From assembly GCF_009914755.1 (NCBI RefSeq), contig NC_060944.1: a stretch of DNA of 64,000 nt; one strand, given 5' to 3'. Under the pieces are notes generated by a model. That model ran no database searches. It saw only the letters and a list, made by a program, of their open reading frames with translations, and was not told the DNA's origin. Source of the stretch: the human T2T-CHM13v2.0 reference genome, Homo sapiens. The translations under genes were made by a program, and so were the position numbers. This document shows, one piece after another, positions 18,039 to 30,090 of the stretch. The stretch's first letter is position 1; every line of letters starts with the position of its first letter.

Positions 18039-18239
18039 ACCACAGAAGTAAAGTGCTATTCTCATCACATCATATCAAGGGTACATACTATCGATATGAG
18101 TTATCATTGTTGACATCTGTTAGCTTGAGCCACCTGGCTTGAGGTAGTAGTCAGGCTTTTCCAGTGTAGAGTTACTTTTCCTCCTGCACTTTCCGCACTG
18201 TACTTTTGGAGAAAGTCATTATGTACAGCACACATTTAA

Positions 18240-18682
<443 letters not shown>

Positions 18683-19149
18683 TGAACTCATGGATGTTTA
18701 TTTTATACTTTGGACCAGAATCCAGTACTACTTTATTTTGTTGCTGAAATTGTTCCTCCATTGGCCATTGGGAGCTCTTCCACTTGGCTCCTGTATCCCT
18801 TTGACATATCCCCCTCTATATGTTTTGCTTTGTTTTGTTTTGTTGAGCACTTTCTTTCTATTCCAGACTCATCTGGTATGTTTCTGCCCCAGTCCTAGAA
18901 TTAGCCATTTCCCAAGGAGCCCTGGCTCCTTTTATTGGAGAATGGCCCAGAAAACAAGATCTGGGCTCTAGGTATGCTCAGTGCTTCTCAGTGTCCTTGC
19001 TTCTAGGCCTTCGCAGTGGACAGAGTAAGAGACATACGTATATATGCACAGATCTAGAAGTATTTCCATATATAACCACCTGTATCTACGTTCAGCTAAA
19101 CATAACTGATGTCCAACTCTTATCCATGACTGCATGGATTGTTCTAGCT

Positions 19150-19676
19150 TGGCAGTCCCCAACCTTTTTGGCACCAGGGACCGGTTTCATGGAAGACAAT
19201 TTTTCCACAGACCTGGGGGTGGGGATGGTTTTGGGATGATTCAAGTGCATTACATTTATTGTGCACTTTATTTCTGTTACTATTACATTGTAATATATAA
19301 TGGAATGATCATACAACTCACCATAATGTAGAATCAGTGGGAGCCCTGAGCTTGTTTTCCTACAACTAGACAGTCCCGTCTGGGGGTGATGGGAGACAGT
19401 GACAGATCATCAGGCATTAGATTCTCATAAGGAGCACACAGCCTAGATCCCTCACATGCACAGTTCACAATAGGGTTCGTGTTTCTATGAGAATCTAATG
19501 CAGCCGCTGATCTGATAGGAGGTGGAACTCAGACGGTAATGTGAGTGATGGGGAGCGGCTGTAAATATAAAAGAAACTTCGCTTGCTCACCTGCTGCTCA
19601 CCTCCTGCTGTGCGGCCTGGTTCCTAACAGGCCATGGACTGGTACTGGTCTGTGGCCTGGGGGTTGGGGACCTGTG
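19150..19676 (-). mobile_element. MER1A hAT-Charlie DNA transposon, full length
   Basis: GTCCCCAAC / GTTGGGGAC termini, recognisable internal sequence, 8-bp TSD TTCTAGCT (19142-19149 and 19677-19684). Confidence 0.9.
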
Positions 19677-22129
19677 TTCTAGCTTCCTTCTCTTGCTTGT
19701 CTGTAACCTCCCACTCCACCTGTGACAAACCCGACTCCCACCATTCACCATACATTTACTTAATTGTTCCATTTAGCATACATGTATGGTGGTTTTAGAA
19801 TTGCTCCCCCGATCCCCTGTGGGAAACAACTTATCAGCTAGAGTACAGTGTGTACGTGCAGTTCCTTTTGCCTTCAGTCTTACAGGCTCCACTCGTTTTC
19901 AAAGTTACTTAGGTCAGCACCCTATTCCCCCACTACCCTTTCAGTGAAGTTGTTTAATACATTTGGATTCAGAATGTCACATTCTGCATTCCATCCTGGA
20001 ACACCCTGACTTCATGCGTGTGTATGTTGGTGTGTTTTAAAAACTGGGTCTCACTATGTTGCCCAAGCTGGTCGCAAACTGCCGGGCTCAAGCAATCCTC
20101 CTGCCTTGGCCTCTCACAGTTCTGGGATTATGGGTGTGAGCCACTGTGATGGCCTTCCTATGTCTTTTTAAAAATATTTGCATACATTAAACTTTACTCT
20201 TTGTGCTGTCAAGATTTTTGGGTTTTGACAAATGCTTAATATTTTGTATTCCTAATTATAGTGTCATACAGGATAGTTTCCCCTTCTTCAGGGATTATTT
20301 TTAACTTCTTTCAGATTTCACCTCAGCATTCCTGTTGGCCTTCACCAAAATATATCTGTAAGCTGAGAATTTACCACCTCCACAGCTACCACCCTGGTGC
20401 AAATGTGTCTTTTGACTGTTAAAGTAGCCTCTTCACTGGTCTCCTTGCTTTCAGTCTTGTCCCCTACAGTCTGTTGTCAACAAAGCAGCCAGAGGGATCA
20501 TTTTGAAATGAGTGAGACCATGTGATTTCTTTGCTAAGAACCTTCCAGTAGTTCCCTTTTCACTCAGAGACTGGCCAGAGTCCTCATAATGGCCTGCAGC
20601 TTGCTTACTTGACTGTTCTTGATCATGATGCTTATTCCTGCCTCAGGGACTTGGCCCTTGCCGTCCCTCCATCCTGGGATACTCTGGCAGATGTTTAAAT
20701 GACTTCTTCCTTTGCTTTCTTCTTTCCTCTGTTGAAATGTCACCTTTGCAGAGAGGCCCTTCCCCGACCACCTCATATTAAATAGTACTATCCTCTTCTT
20801 CCTTCCTGTATGTATTGTAATACTCACCCCTGACATTGCATGTGTATGTGTGTATGTGAGTACTTCTAACTGAATGGAAACTCCGTGGCAGGGATTAGAC
20901 CAGTGCCTGGCACATAGTAGATTCACAATAAATATTTGTCCAATGAATTAATGTCTTACGTCACCAGTGTCTGGCATTCAGGGGTGAACTTCGCAGTGTC
21001 CAGTAACCTCATGAAATTATTTGCCACGTTCAGTAATAATTAATTATGCACCTTTTGTTAAATTCTGATGGGGTATGAAAGTCCCCTGGTGTATAAAAAC
21101 CTCTACCTGTAAGCAAGTCTGGAGCAGGACAGGGCTAGAGACCAGGATAGCAGCTCTGCCCTGACTCATCAGGAGAGTCTAGGGAAACCTCGTGGCCTCT
21201 CAGCTCCTCCTTGTCGTTAAATGATGACTCTGTTGGTTGAGGCATCTGCTCTTGCTTTCGAGGTGGGAAACAGAGGCATAGGCTTAGTCATTTACCAAAT
21301 ATTTATGAGTCAGGACCTGGAATAAACTCAAGATGTACCCAAGATCCTTGCTGTTCAAGAGATTACAATGGATCAAATAGAAAACAGTAGATTCCAGTGT
21401 AATATTTCTCAAACAATAAGAAATAACATTCTAAAATTTGATCCAGCACATGCATGCTCAGATGTAGATGGATGTTGAAAAAGCTTCAGGATATAATACC
21501 GGCCCTTAATGTGATACTCTTTGATATTTTCTATTGTTATTTACCTACTTAAATAAAGTGCTGGCTAATAAAAAATGCTGGTTGCAGCCCCCTAAATGGT
21601 TTTCCTGGCTCACTAATGGGCCACAGCCTGCAGTTTGAAAACGATTGACATACTGGGTAAGCGCCCTGACTCTGGGGAAGCCAGCCCCTTTGAATCTTGC
21701 CTTTGCCACTTATCAGCCAGGTTATCCCTGGGTAGGTCATATAACCTCTCCAAGCCTTGGTTTCCTCATCCTCATTAGTAATACCACCTCCCAGTGTGGT
21801 GGTGAAGTATGCGAGTTGCTGCCTGTAAAGTGCTGTTCGCAACACCTGGCCGTTCATTTGCCGACTGCTGCTGCTGCTGGAACAATGGCCAGGGAACAAA
21901 ACCTGTCACAGCCAGTCGAAGGGGTGTCTCCTAGTTGAGATCTGCAGGATGAATAGGACTTGTTTGACTTTGGTCATCAGGAAAGGAAAGCCCAGAAATA
22001 CTGGCAGGAGGGCTGGGAAGTAAAGCACAGAGGTGCAGAGAGAACTAGATGAGAGCCGTACGGCGCACAGTGTGTGTAGAGCAGTTTATGTTTCCAGAAC
22101 CTTTTCACAACCACCCTCCTGTTACACCT

Positions 22130-22318
22130 GTGCTGTCCAGTAGGGAACCTTTGGCCACATGTGGCTTTTTATTGTTAATTAGTTAAATAAAATGAAAAAT
22201 TCAGTTTCTCTGTAACATTTAAGTTTTCAACAGCCACATGTGGCTGGTGGCTACCATTTGGAGAACACAAATACAGAACATTTCCATCACTGCAGAAAGC
22301 TTTATTGGACAGTATGAC
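22130..22318. mobile_element. MER3-like hAT MITE
   Basis: CTGTGCTGTCCA...GCCACATGTGGC twice...TATTGGACAG. Confidence 0.75.
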
Positions 22319-23687
22319 ATTATACCCTAACAAAAGTCTTGTGAAGGAAGTAGGTAGGGCATAGATTTTTCTTAGATACTTTATTGTTTCATAACATTCC
22401 AAAAAATTAAAACTCATGACTTATTCACCTTAACAGCAACTATTTATGTTTCTGTAGCATCTTTTGATCTTTAGCCCATGAAATCAGCTTATAGATGGTT
22501 CCAATCATAGTGTTTATACAATTGCTTATTTTTTTCAATTACTGTTACTTTGCAAAGACTTTCCACTGACCTGATACACAATGTTTATATTTGCCGGGTT
22601 AGTGAAGAGGGATTATGCCATGATGTACCATCACTGGGTTAACTGCTTCCTGATTGTTGGACGCCTGGGTTGCTTCCTGTTTTTCAGTATTATGAATAGT
22701 GCTGCCATGAACTTTTTTGTACCTGAAGGCTTTTTCTTCTTTTGAATTGTTTCCTTACTATAAATTCTAGGAAGTAAGTTATTCAGTCAAAGGATATAAT
22801 CACTTTTATGGCTCTTGTTATATTTTGTCTAATTGCCATTTTTTAAAAAAAGGCCTAAATGTATTATAGGTATCATTGTTGCTTGGCTCATGAGAACATC
22901 CCGTCTCCAGAGGTCAAGAGATTATTAGCCCAAAGTGTAGCTACTTGCAGATAGAGCAGGGGCTTTTGTCCTCTGCTTCCCAACTCTTGCCCTATCTTTC
23001 TATTGTACCACTCCAAATATTTCTTATCACAATGTTGCTGTTAGTAGTAACACTAGTAAATCTGAGTATTTATAAGCTCATAAAGCTTGTTACAGCCTTA
23101 AGCAAAAAGCTTGGGGCCAAGGGCGTTTTAAAAAATGCACACTTTATGAGGTGCAACTGCGGAGAAATGAGGACGCGTTCTTAAGCTTTGGTATTCACAT
23201 GGTGGTGGTGCTGGTAGAGGCTGTTACATTTCTTCCAGTGAAGCTGTTCTTGCAGCCGCCTTGGAATTCACTTCAGGGCCAGTTTATGAGCCACCCCAAG
23301 TAATCTGCTTGGAGTCTGAGCATCATACCTTGTATTTGACCAAAAATGGTATTCCTGAGCTCAGTGCCACCTGATTCACTGCACTTGGAACCAGATGATG
23401 TTGGGCTCTTTCCAGAAGTCAAATCCTTCCTGGGAGGATGAAGATCTGCCAGCTCTGAGGATTCTGGCTGGGAAGAAAAAGAGCCTCAAGCTTTGAAGGC
23501 CATTCCCATGGTAGACAGAGCTGATGTGAAAAGTGGCCATCCTGTTGCCCCAGGCACATGACCTTCTGAAGTGACCAGGCTGAAAGGGAAGCAATACTCG
23601 TGTGTAAGTCCGGCTCTGTTTACTTACGAAGGTTGTTTTTATTATTCTTCGGTTACTTCATGTTGGAAACATGGTGCAAAGCAGTGA

Positions 23688-24011
<324 letters not shown>

Positions 24012-24039
24012 TGAGGCAGGTCTTTAGGATTGTCTCTAC

Positions 24040-25612
24040 CCCAGGGCTTCCCCACAGAAATATAATACAGACTATGTATAATTTTACATTTTCCAGTAGC
24101 CACATTTAAAAAGCAAAAAGGGATGATGCCTGTAATCTCAACACTTTGGGAGGCTGAGGCAGGAGGATCACTTGAGCATAAGAGTTTGAGGCTACAGTGA
24201 GTTATGTTTGTGCCATTGTACTCCAGCCTGGGTGACAGAGTGAGACCCTGTCTCTAAATAAATAAATAAATAAATGGGTAAAAAGAAACAGATTTTTAAA
24301 AAATTGTGACAAAATATATGTAACAAATTTACCATTTTAACCATTGTTAAGTTTACAATTCAGTGGTATTTGCAGTGTTGTATAACCGTCATCACTGTCT
24401 ATTTCTAGAACTTTTTCATCTTTGCAAACTGAAACTCTGTACCCAGTAAACAATATCTCCCCATTTCCCTTCCCTCCAGCCCTTGGTAACCTCAATTCTA
24501 CTTTCTGTCTCTGAATTTGCCTATTCCAGGTACCTCATATAAGGGGACTCATACAATATTTGTCCTTTTGTGTCTAGCTTATTTCATATATATTTATTCA
24601 AAGCTCATAATGTTTTCAAGGTTCATTCATGTTGTAGCATGTATCAGAATTTCATTTCCTTTATGGCTGAGTAATACTCCATTGTATGTATATACTACGT
24701 TTTGCTTATCCATTCATCTGTTTATGGACTCTTAGTTGTTTCCATCTTTTGGCTATTGTGAATAATGCTGCTATGAACATTAGTATCTTGAGTCCTTGCT
24801 TTCAATTCAATTTTTTTTTTTTTTTAAACAGGATCTCTCACCCCGTCACTCAGGGTGGCGCAATCACGACTCATTGGCTCACTGCAGCCTAGACCTCCCA
24901 GCTGGAGCAATTCTCCTGCCTCAGCCTTCTGAGTAGCTGGGACTACAGGTGTGTACCACCATGTCCGGCTAATTTTTAAATTTTTTATAGCAACAGGGTC
25001 CCACTCTGTTGCCCAGGCTGGTTTCAAACTCCTGGGTTCAAGTGATGCTTCTGCCTTGGCCTGTCAAAGTGTTGGGCTTACACTTTGGGCGTAACCCACC
25101 ATGCCCAGCCAATTATTTTTTACGTGTATTTTTTGGTGGCAGGGTGGGGTGGGGGCAGGGTCGGGTGGGGGCAGGGTCTCGCTCTGTCACCCAGGCTGGA
25201 GTGCAGTGGCGTGATCGTGGCTCACTGCCTTAAGCTCCTGGGCTCAAGTGATCCTCCCACCTCAGCCTCTCGAGTAGCTGGGAATACAGGAGTGAGCCAC
25301 CACTCCTGCCTAATTTATTATTTTTTTTGTAGAGATGGGGTCTCGCTGTGTTGTCCAGGCTGGTCTCAAACTCCTGAGCTCAAGTGATCTGCCCACCGTG
25401 GCCTCCCAAAGTGCTGAGATTATAGGCGTGAGCCACTGCAATCGTTTCAGCATGTAATCAATATGAAAACATTATGAATGAGATAGATTACATTCTTATT
25501 TTCATACTAGGTCTTTGAAAATGGGTGTGTAATTAGCATCTCAATTCAAACTAGCTGCGTTTCAAGTCTTAATAGTCATGTGTGGCTCATGGCCACCATA
25601 TTGGATAGCTCA
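24040..25612. mobile_element. MER33-like MITE split by FRAM(+), an L1MB 3' end(-) and two AluJ(-)
   Basis: MITE halves at ~24040-24120 and ~25440-25612; L1MB signature ACCATTTTAACC..CAATTCAGTGG at ~24330. Confidence 0.65.
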
Positions 25613-26929
25613 GACTTAGCAAAATATTGCATTGTGGCACAGATCTCTGGAAACACAAAGGGTTTTAGATTCAAGTGGGCCTGGTTCCAAAGTAAATTTG
25701 CCCCTTTATCATTGGGATGGGCAGAAGAAAGCCACTGATGGGTGCTGTGGTAAAGGGGGAGCAGTTCAGTCATGCCAGGGGAAGAGGAGGGTGACAGGAG
25801 AGGCATGTTGGGGAGATGACACTTGAGCTCAGCCTTAGAGGCAGAGTGGGGGCTTTGTCAAGCAGTCACAGTGGGAAAGGACATTCTTTGCAGAGTATGC
25901 AGCTTGGGCAGAGGCCCAGGATTTTGAAAGAGCCCAGTGCTCTTGGAGAACCACAGCAGTTCTTTCAGCTTGACTAGGATATTAGGAGTGGGGGCCCTGC
26001 TGAGAGGAGAGGCTGGAGAGCTGGGCTGAGGCTGGACCTTGCACCACTGGCCACCACTGCCCCTGTCATTCACGCCATCAGCAGCTCTTGTCTGGCTTAT
26101 TGGCAGGGGCCTCCTCCTGGCTCTCCCTGTGTCCACTTTGCCTCTCCCCTTGTTGTCCCTCCTCCATTTAAAAATGGAAGTCAGATCATGTCACTTTTCT
26201 GCTCAAAACCCTTCAGTGGCTTTACATTTTACTCAATCAAATTGGAGGTATCAGGGTCCGCCCCCACTCCTCTCTGATCATACCTCCTTCCACCCTCCCT
26301 CCTGATCACTTCTCTGCCTGTACTGGCCTCATTTCCCCACCCTGGGGCCTCCACACTTGCTTTTTTCCCTGCCTGGAACGTGTTTCCCTCAGATACACAA
26401 ATGGCTCCCTCTCTCACTTCTTATCTCTTCCACTCCATTCCCGTCTCTGTTCTTCAGAGAGAGCCTTCTCATCACAAAATAAAATGATGCCCTTAAGTTT
26501 TTTCCAAAATGCTTATCACTACCTGGCATATCACATCTCGACGTGTTCATTGTCTGCTTCCATCCTGAGCATGTAGAGGCTCCAAGAAAGCAGGGGTTTG
26601 TCTGTTTTGCTCATTCTTCAGTGCTTGGTATTCAAGAAATATTTGTTGAATGGATGACTACATGAATAAATAAACAACAAAACCTGAAACGTAGCAGCCT
26701 TTAGTAAATGTATGTTGATTTGAGATTTTTGTTGAAGTGCTTCCCTTTGCATTTATTTATTTTTCTCAACTTTATGTTTGGAAAACATCAGATACACAGA
26801 AAAGTTGAAAGAATGGTTCATTGACTGACCATATGTTCCCAACTTAGATTCAAGAGTTGTTAACATTTCACAATTCCTGTATATATTCTTGGGTGTGTGT
26901 GTGTGTGTTCAAGTTAAAAGTCAGTTACA

Positions 26930-27234
26930 GGCTGGGTGAGGTGGCTCACACCTGCAATCCCAGCACTTTGGGAGGCTGAGGCGGGCAGATCACCTGAGGT
27001 CAGGAGTTCAAGACCAGCGTGGCCAACGTGGTGAAACCCTGTCTCTACTAAAAATACAAAAATCATCCAGGTGTGTTGGCCCACACCTGTAATCCCAGCT
27101 ACTCGGGAGGCCAAGGCAAGAGAATCACTTGAACCCAGGAGGCCGAAGTTGCAGTGATCATGCCATTGCACTCCAGCCTGGGCGACAGAGTGAGACTCCA
27201 TCTCATAAATAAATAAATAAATAAATAAATAAAT
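26930..27234 (+). mobile_element. AluS with (TAAA)n tail directly upstream of the exon 2 branch point
   Basis: TSD GTCAGTTACA at 26920-26929 and 27235-27244. Confidence 0.95.
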
Positions 27235-27276
27235 GTCAGTTACAGAAATATGACACTGACCCTTTGCATTTACAAG

Positions 27277-27332
27277 TTGGTTCTAAAGAGTGGTGAGTCA
27301 GAAGAGACGTCAGGCAGCAAGCGACTTGGGCC
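27277..27332 (+). other. MANBAL: 5'UTR part of MANBAL exon 2
   Basis: Branch-point-like CACTGAC 27254-27260, short pyrimidine tract, acceptor TACAAG| ending 27276; 56 nt before the ATG. Confidence 0.75.
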
Positions 27333-27482
27333 ATGGCCTCTGACCTAGACTTCTCACCTCCGGAGGTGCCCGAGCCCACTTTCCTGGAGAACCTGCTACG
27401 GTACGGACTCTTCCTGGGAGCCATCTTCCAGCTCATCTGTGTGCTGGCCATCATCGTACCCATTCCCAAGTCCCACGAGGCG
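27333..27482 (+). CDS. MANBAL: MANBAL coding exon 1 (aa 1-50): [50 protein letters not shown]
   Basis: Strong Kozak GCCATGG; 150 nt = 50 codons; phase-0 donor GCG|GTGAGT; hydrophobic TM segment; translation recognised as MANBAL/UPF0239. Confidence 0.96.
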
Positions 27483-28937
27483 GTGAGTTTTTCCCTGGGA
27501 GCCTCAGCTCCTCTGAGTGCCAGGCTGGGTTCTGAGTACTAACAGTAGGTGCCACCACAACTGAGATCAGCAGGGTCTACATTGGGCCTTTTTGATTTAG
27601 TGTGCCTCTGAATTTCCACCTGGTGGGTTGAACCACATAGCTAATACTTTATTTGTTCATGTACCCATTAAGGAGATTTTTATTTAGTGCCTACTACATT
27701 TCAGACTCTGCTGAAGATGTAGTGTCTGCACCTGAGGAGCATCTAGTCCTTGGGAGGAAGGCAGATAACAAAAACATACCTCCATGTGCTCCCATGAGAA
27801 GTACAGAGTCCAGTGAGGCTATATAACAAGGGGGAGAGAGACCTGATCTTACCCTGGGCTGTGGGCCCTGCCGAGGAGGCAGTGTTTGAGCTGAGACTGA
27901 AGGAATGAGCAGGCTTCTGCCAGGTGAAAGTGGGCAAGGGGCGAGGACAACATTCCAGGGAGAGGGCACTGCACGTGCAAGGGACTCAATAAAGGAAGGG
28001 GCTAATTCAAGGAACTGAATGAAGGTGACTGTGGCCAGAGCACAGAGGGGGCATGATGAGTGGTGCAGCCAGAGGTGTGGGCAGGGGCCAGAGGGTTTTA
28101 AGTGTGAGAATGACATGGTCAAATTGGCTTTTTTGTTGTTGTTTTGACTCTTCTTCTGTAAGTATCTTTATAACTATACACCCTCCTTCTACCCACTTTC
28201 TTGCCCACTCCCATTTGCTCGTGACATTGATTTATTGGAGAAAGCAGGTCGTTTGTCATGTGGGATACCTACATCCCAGGAATTGGCTATTGCTTCTCTG
28301 TGGTGTCATTTAACGTGTTTCTCTGTTCCCTGTGTTTCCTGTCAACAGGAGTTCCATGTAGAGGCCTGATTCCATTCCAGTCAGGTTATTGGGTACGAAT
28401 ACCTCAGAGCTGGTGCTATGTACTCCCTACTGTGTGGCATCAACAAGCAGGTGGTGTCTGGCTGCTGCACATTTAGAGATTCTTGGATTGATCGGTGGGT
28501 TTAGGTGGTATCAGCTGATCCCTCCATTATAAAAATCCGGTCAGTCTTTCACCTAAGCGGTTTTAGCATCCATTGATGGTCGTTGCTTAGATCCATTATT
28601 TCCTTCTGCATCTGTTAGCTGGAATTCTTTAACAAAGACCTTTTCCTTATCACTTGTATGATTACTCTGAATTGCTCTTCATAATGAAAAGCAGGAAAAA
28701 TGCTTGGTTCTTTCCCTTTATTTATCAATTTTCAAAGTTGTGAGTTCAGACTCTAGCAACTTCCAATGATGACCAATGAAGCTTTGGTTTTCATAGCATT
28801 CTGAACATATTTTTAATATATTTAATATGTTTTAGTTTTTTTTTTTTTGAGGGCACTTATCTGCCATTAATTTGTTTTTTATGTTCAGTGGGAGCCCCTT
28901 TAAGTTGATGTCTTTGTTCTTTGTCATACTTCATTAG

Positions 28938-29352
<415 letters not shown>

Positions 29353-29639
29353 TAGCTAGAAAATAGTATCTAGAGGCTACAGTTGGGACATTAGAAGTTT
29401 TCAGTGCTACTGAGCTGTGATTGCATCTAGGCCTTTCAATAAACAGAAATAGAAAATAAACATTTTTTAAGAAATGAAAAAGTTGTGAGTTCATACTGGT
29501 ATTTCCAATTCAAATGTAAGGTGATAGTGTTTCTATTTATTTGATTTTATACTAGTGTCTTGTAACTCTTTATCTTATGCTGGAAATCTTGTTCTCAATA
29601 ACATTAACAAAATGATGTATCTGCTAGATCCTACTGAAT

Positions 29640-30090
29640 CTGAGGTCCCCAGGACCACCCCAGGTTCAGTGATGCACTAGGACTCTCAGCTGTGGCAGTG
29701 AAAGGATACCAGGTATGGCGGCACAGGGAAAAGGTACATGGGGCAGAGACTGGAGGAAACAGGCGCAGGCGTCTGAGTGCTCTCCCATTGGATACCCACA
29801 GGAAGGATTTGTGGCAATGTGTGTGAAGTGTTATCTAGCAGGGAAGTGAGTTAGAGACTCAGTGCCCACATCTCTTACTGAGGACTGGTTACAGAAGCAC
29901 CCTTGGCCTAGCATGTACCAAAATTCCAGACTTCCAGAAAGCAAGCAGGTGTTCAGCATGAACCTTATTGTTTACACAGTATAGGCGTGGTGAGCCACTC
30001 TTATCATTTCTGGGAATTGTGAGAACCACCTGGAATCCAAGTTCCCAGATGCCAGTCAAGGGCCAACCTTGCAAGCATGCTTCTCTAAGA
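29640..30090. mobile_element. MER21-like LTR fragment
   Basis: GAGGTCCCCAGGACCACCCCAGGTTCAGTGAT...CCAAGTTCCCAGATGCCAGTCAAGGGCCAACCTTGCAAGCA. Confidence 0.6.

Noticed and set aside
27483-27542. Extension of the MANBAL ORF into intron 2 (69-aa form)
   Set aside because: Consensus donor at 27483. The nearest AATAAA I saw (27988) lacks a clear GU-rich downstream element, so intronic polyadenylation is unsupported.
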